Below, piece by piece: positions 63,456-64,000 of a stretch of DNA of 64,000 nt. This stretch comes from Nitrospirota bacterium. GTDB taxonomy: Bacteria; Nitrospirota; Thermodesulfovibrionia; Thermodesulfovibrionales; Dissulfurispiraceae. The notes under the pieces are model-generated. The model worked only from the letters and a program-made list of their open reading frames with translations, had not been told where the DNA came from and searched no databases. The stretch covers positions 864,001 to 928,000 of the forward strand of contig CAVPZX010000002.1 in NCBI GenBank assembly GCA_963710375.1, in the 5' to 3' direction. How positions within the stretch are numbered: the stretch's first letter is position 1; every line of letters begins with the position of its first letter. The position numbers and the translations under genes were made by a program.

Positions 63456-64000
63456 ATGCATAAAACTACTGTAGATGCGGTCGTACAACAACATACGACA
63501 GATACTCCTTATCTGGTCGGCGAGGCCCACTTCTATACTACGGAGATCAATGGGGACCTGGTACTTTTTGATACCGGTCCCAATACTCCGGCAAACATTG
63601 ACTTCATGGGGAAGCAGGTAGATATCAGGCGCCTGAAGTATGTCTTCATTACACATTCTCATGTAGACCATTACGGTCTTGCCGCATTCCTTTCCCGGAA
63701 CTCTGATGCGGAAGTCATTCTTCCGCGAAAGGATGCCATCAAGTTCAGGGAAAGTAATGAACAGATAGCCTATATCAGGAGACTCCTGAATGAGTGCGGA
63801 TACGACGACGAATTTGCTGCAGGGCTGAGTCATATTACCCAGAAAGAAGAAATATTCCCTGCGTTCCCTGAGAGGTACAGCATTGTTGAGGAATCGGATG
63901 TGCCTGAAAGGCTCGGGATAAGCTGGCTCTCCTGCCCCGGACATTCCCAGAGCGATTTTGTATACCTCCTGGGCAACCACGCGGTCACCGGGGATATTCT
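63456..64000 (+). CDS. Metallo-beta-lactamase fold hydrolase (partial, runs off the window)
   Basis: FDTGP, THSHVDH, PGHS, TGD. Confidence 0.88.
   Translation, partial: MHKTTVDAVVQQHTTDTPYLVGEAHFYTTEINGDLVLFDTGPNTPANIDFMGKQVDIRRLKYVFITHSHVDHYGLAAFLSRNSDAEVILPRKDAIKFRESNEQIAYIRRLLNECGYDDEFAAGLSHITQKEEIFPAFPERYSIVEESDVPERLGISWLSCPGHSQSDFVYLLGNHAVTGDI

Noticed and set aside
63069..63980. 303-aa minus-strand ORF (and similar antisense ORFs such as 57959..58741 and 60653..61432)
   Set aside because: Shadow frames opposite well-supported plus-strand genes

Overview
Bacterial chromosomal window. Gene content suggests an anaerobic Nitrospirota/Desulfobacterota-like organism (inference). Roughly 1-19 kb is an AT-rich accessory/mobile region. 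It holds three co-oriented Tn3-family 38-bp inverted repeats around an IPTL-CTERM repeat surface protein plus exosortase H cassette, a large UvrD/helicase IV-like gene ending at a Tn7-like transposon end that abuts a second end-like array, and a STAS-HATPase gene truncated by a multi-ORF IS that carries a nested DDE/AAA element with a 5-bp TSD. It also holds a DNA-hypermodification-type (aGPT-Pplase1-like) gene converging on a MerR / radical SAM-SPASM / HD-domain operon. The rest is mostly metabolic: RluA, cyclic beta-1,2-glucan synthase, cold-shock protein, a cobalamin riboswitch-porin-cbiMN unit, a nitrosative-stress cluster (octaheme HAO-family cytochrome, MOSC, hemerythrin, truncated NorC), a TauE/two-component cluster, amtB, and a beta-oxidation operon with two near-identical acyl-CoA synthetases. 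Three separate genes carry a +1 frameshift that is repaired by deleting the A in the same CAGACTC context. All calls come from reading the sequence; no database search was run.
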